Source: Gemmatimonadales bacterium | GTDB taxonomy: Bacteria > Gemmatimonadota > Gemmatimonadetes > Gemmatimonadales > Gemmatimonadaceae | DNA: 64,000 nucleotides | Direction: 5' to 3' | Assembly (NCBI GenBank): GCA_038228795.1 | Contig: JBBROY010000019.1 | Coordinates: 2,905-66,904, forward strand | Shown here: positions 62,877 to 64,000 of the stretch, in pieces | Layout of the letters: each line of letters begins with the position of its first letter | Numbering within the stretch: the first letter of the stretch is position 1 | The notes under the pieces: model-generated | What the model saw: the letters and a program-made list of their open reading frames with translations, nothing else | Told to the model about the DNA's origin: nothing | Database searches by the model: none | Translations under genes and position numbers: made by a program

Positions 62877-63270
62877 GTGGAAGGACGACGACATGGAGAG
62901 AGCGTTCGCGGAATGGCGAGCCGGTGATGCGCGTGACGCTCCGCTCTTCAGCGCGACGTACGCCGCGGCAATGAACGCCGCGACGAAGCGGCCGGCGACT
63001 GCTCCGTGGCAACGCACAGCCGCGGCGGCGACAATTCTCGCCGTGGCCGCCGGCGGATGGCTCACACTGCACGAGCGGCTGCCGCAGGTGACAACGCGCT
63101 TCCCGGAAGGGGGAGTGCCCGCGCCTGCCCTCTCCACCTGGCGCTCCCCGACCGCATTTCTTCTTCAGGGACCGAGCGACATGCTGACCACGACTCTCCC
63201 CACCATCTCGGCATCGTTCGCCGATCTCCACGCGCTCGGCGTTCACGCCGGGCACCAGAGGCAGCAATGA
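62866..63270 (+). CDS. Putative single-pass anti-sigma factor
   Basis: Overlaps the sigma gene by 11 nt. One hydrophobic helix (AAAATILAVAAGGWL). The call rests on position only. Confidence 0.45.
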   Translation: MTGEWKDDDMERAFAEWRAGDARDAPLFSATYAAAMNAATKRPATAPWQRTAAAATILAVAAGGWLTLHERLPQVTTRFPEGGVPAPALSTWRSPTAFLLQGPSDMLTTTLPTISASFADLHALGVHAGHQRQQ

Positions 63271-63704
63271 GAGCGATTCGCTTGGGCGTCGCGGTCGCGC
63301 TGCTGGTATTCGCCGGCGCCGCGCGCGCGCAGCAGCCAGGAGCGCAGCCTCCCGCCGACCCGATTGGCGACAATTTCTTTCCACCCGAGCTGGTGATGCA
63401 ACACCAGCGGGATATCGGTCTGACCGATGCGCAGCGAAGCTTCATCATCGCCGAGGTCGGCAATGCGCAACAGCGGGCGACGGAGCTGCAGTGGAAGCTC
63501 CAGCGCGAAGTCGAGACGATGGCGGCGCTCGTGAAGCAGGAGCCGATCGATGAAGAGAAAATGTTGGCGCAGCTCGACCGCGTGCTGGCGGTCGAGCACG
63601 ACATCAAGCGGATCCACCTCACCCTCGTCGCCCGCATCAAGAACCGCCTCACACCGGAACAGCGTGCGCGCCTGCGAGAGCTGCGTGCGGGCGCGCCACG
63701 GTAA
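63267..63704 (+). CDS. Periplasmic CpxP/Spy-like (LTXXQ motif) protein
   Basis: Signal MRAIRLGVAVALLVFAGAARAQ. Two LTxxQ motifs (LTDAQRSF, LTPEQRARL). ATGA overlap with the upstream gene. Confidence 0.6.
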   Translation: MRAIRLGVAVALLVFAGAARAQQPGAQPPADPIGDNFFPPELVMQHQRDIGLTDAQRSFIIAEVGNAQQRATELQWKLQREVETMAALVKQEPIDEEKMLAQLDRVLAVEHDIKRIHLTLVARIKNRLTPEQRARLRELRAGAPR

Positions 63705-63740
63705 CCCCGGTTTCACGACACATCACTCGAGGAATTTCAT

Positions 63741-64000
63741 ATGTCTATGATCAAAGCCCGGAGCGGCGGCGCGGCGGCCGTCTGTCTCACCGCGATGCTC
63801 GCGGCGTGCAGCCACGATACCGCGGGCCCTGGCACGACTACTCCAGTGACGCTGGCGCAGGCGATACAGATCGGCACTCAGCTATCGCGCGAGATGTCGC
63901 TATCGCTCAACGCGCTCACGTTGGGGGGGATTGGCGGATTCGCGGCGGCATCGCTGAAAATGTCTGGACACATGGCGCAGGCCTCGGGCGGCGCGGGCAC
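63741..64000 (+). CDS. Putative lipoprotein, 3'-truncated by the window end
   Basis: Lipobox-like CLTAMLAAC. The ORF runs to the window edge. Confidence 0.5.
   Translation, partial: MSMIKARSGGAAAVCLTAMLAACSHDTAGPGTTTPVTLAQAIQIGTQLSREMSLSLNALTLGGIGGFAAASLKMSGHMAQASGGAG

Noticed and set aside
1-64000. Search for mobile elements, prophage genes, integrases, toxin-antitoxin or defence systems.
   Set aside because: No ORF showed transposase (DDE), tyrosine or serine recombinase, phage structural, restriction-modification or other defence-type motifs. No flanking inverted repeats were noticed. The window reads as core or accessory metabolic chromosome.

Overview
Very GC-rich bacterial chromosomal DNA (not computed; third codon positions are overwhelmingly G/C). 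Long spurious antisense ORFs occur throughout. Calls therefore rest on recognisable protein motifs, start/stop coupling and RBS-like purine tracts, not on ORF length. I recognised no rRNA, tRNA, CRISPR array, transposase or integrase. The lineage cannot be fixed from the window; gene content looks like a high-GC soil bacterium. Layout: (i) 1-7.4 kb holds two receiver-domain genes, an S41 peptidase, an orphan PilX_N-like secreted protein and a phosphatase-DUF72-membrane protein operon. (ii) 7.7-25.9 kb is the dominant feature, a single-strand, heavily translationally coupled [NiFe]-hydrogenase locus. Its order is: HxlR-like regulator, hypF, hypC, SIS, hypC-like, SIS, hypD, hypE, small subunit, five paralogous single-pass membrane mini-proteins, large subunit, protease-like gene, NifU/Rieske-like gene, maturation protease, wHTH protein with a Cys/His tail, a CooC-type ATPase, then a family-5 binding protein and two permeases. 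The CooC-type ATPase has one in-frame TGA exactly at the first Cys of its C-x-C metal motif, followed by a SECIS-like hairpin. hypA and hypB are absent from the window. (iii) 27-35 kb is an ArsS (radical SAM) conserved neighbourhood with no arsM. (iv) 37-50 kb holds an 8.4 kb cyclic beta-1,2-glucan synthase gene next to pgm, gnd and pgi. (v) 50-64 kb holds peptidases (an M16 pair, an M24 fusion, CocE/NonD), a secreted protein built from seven 117-bp Cys-rich tandem repeats, and an ECF sigma module. The most interesting items are the split hydrogenase with five membrane mini-proteins, the UGA/SECIS-like CooC gene, the Ala at the large-subunit proton-gate position, the alternating hypC/SIS module, and the near-identical coding tandem repeats.
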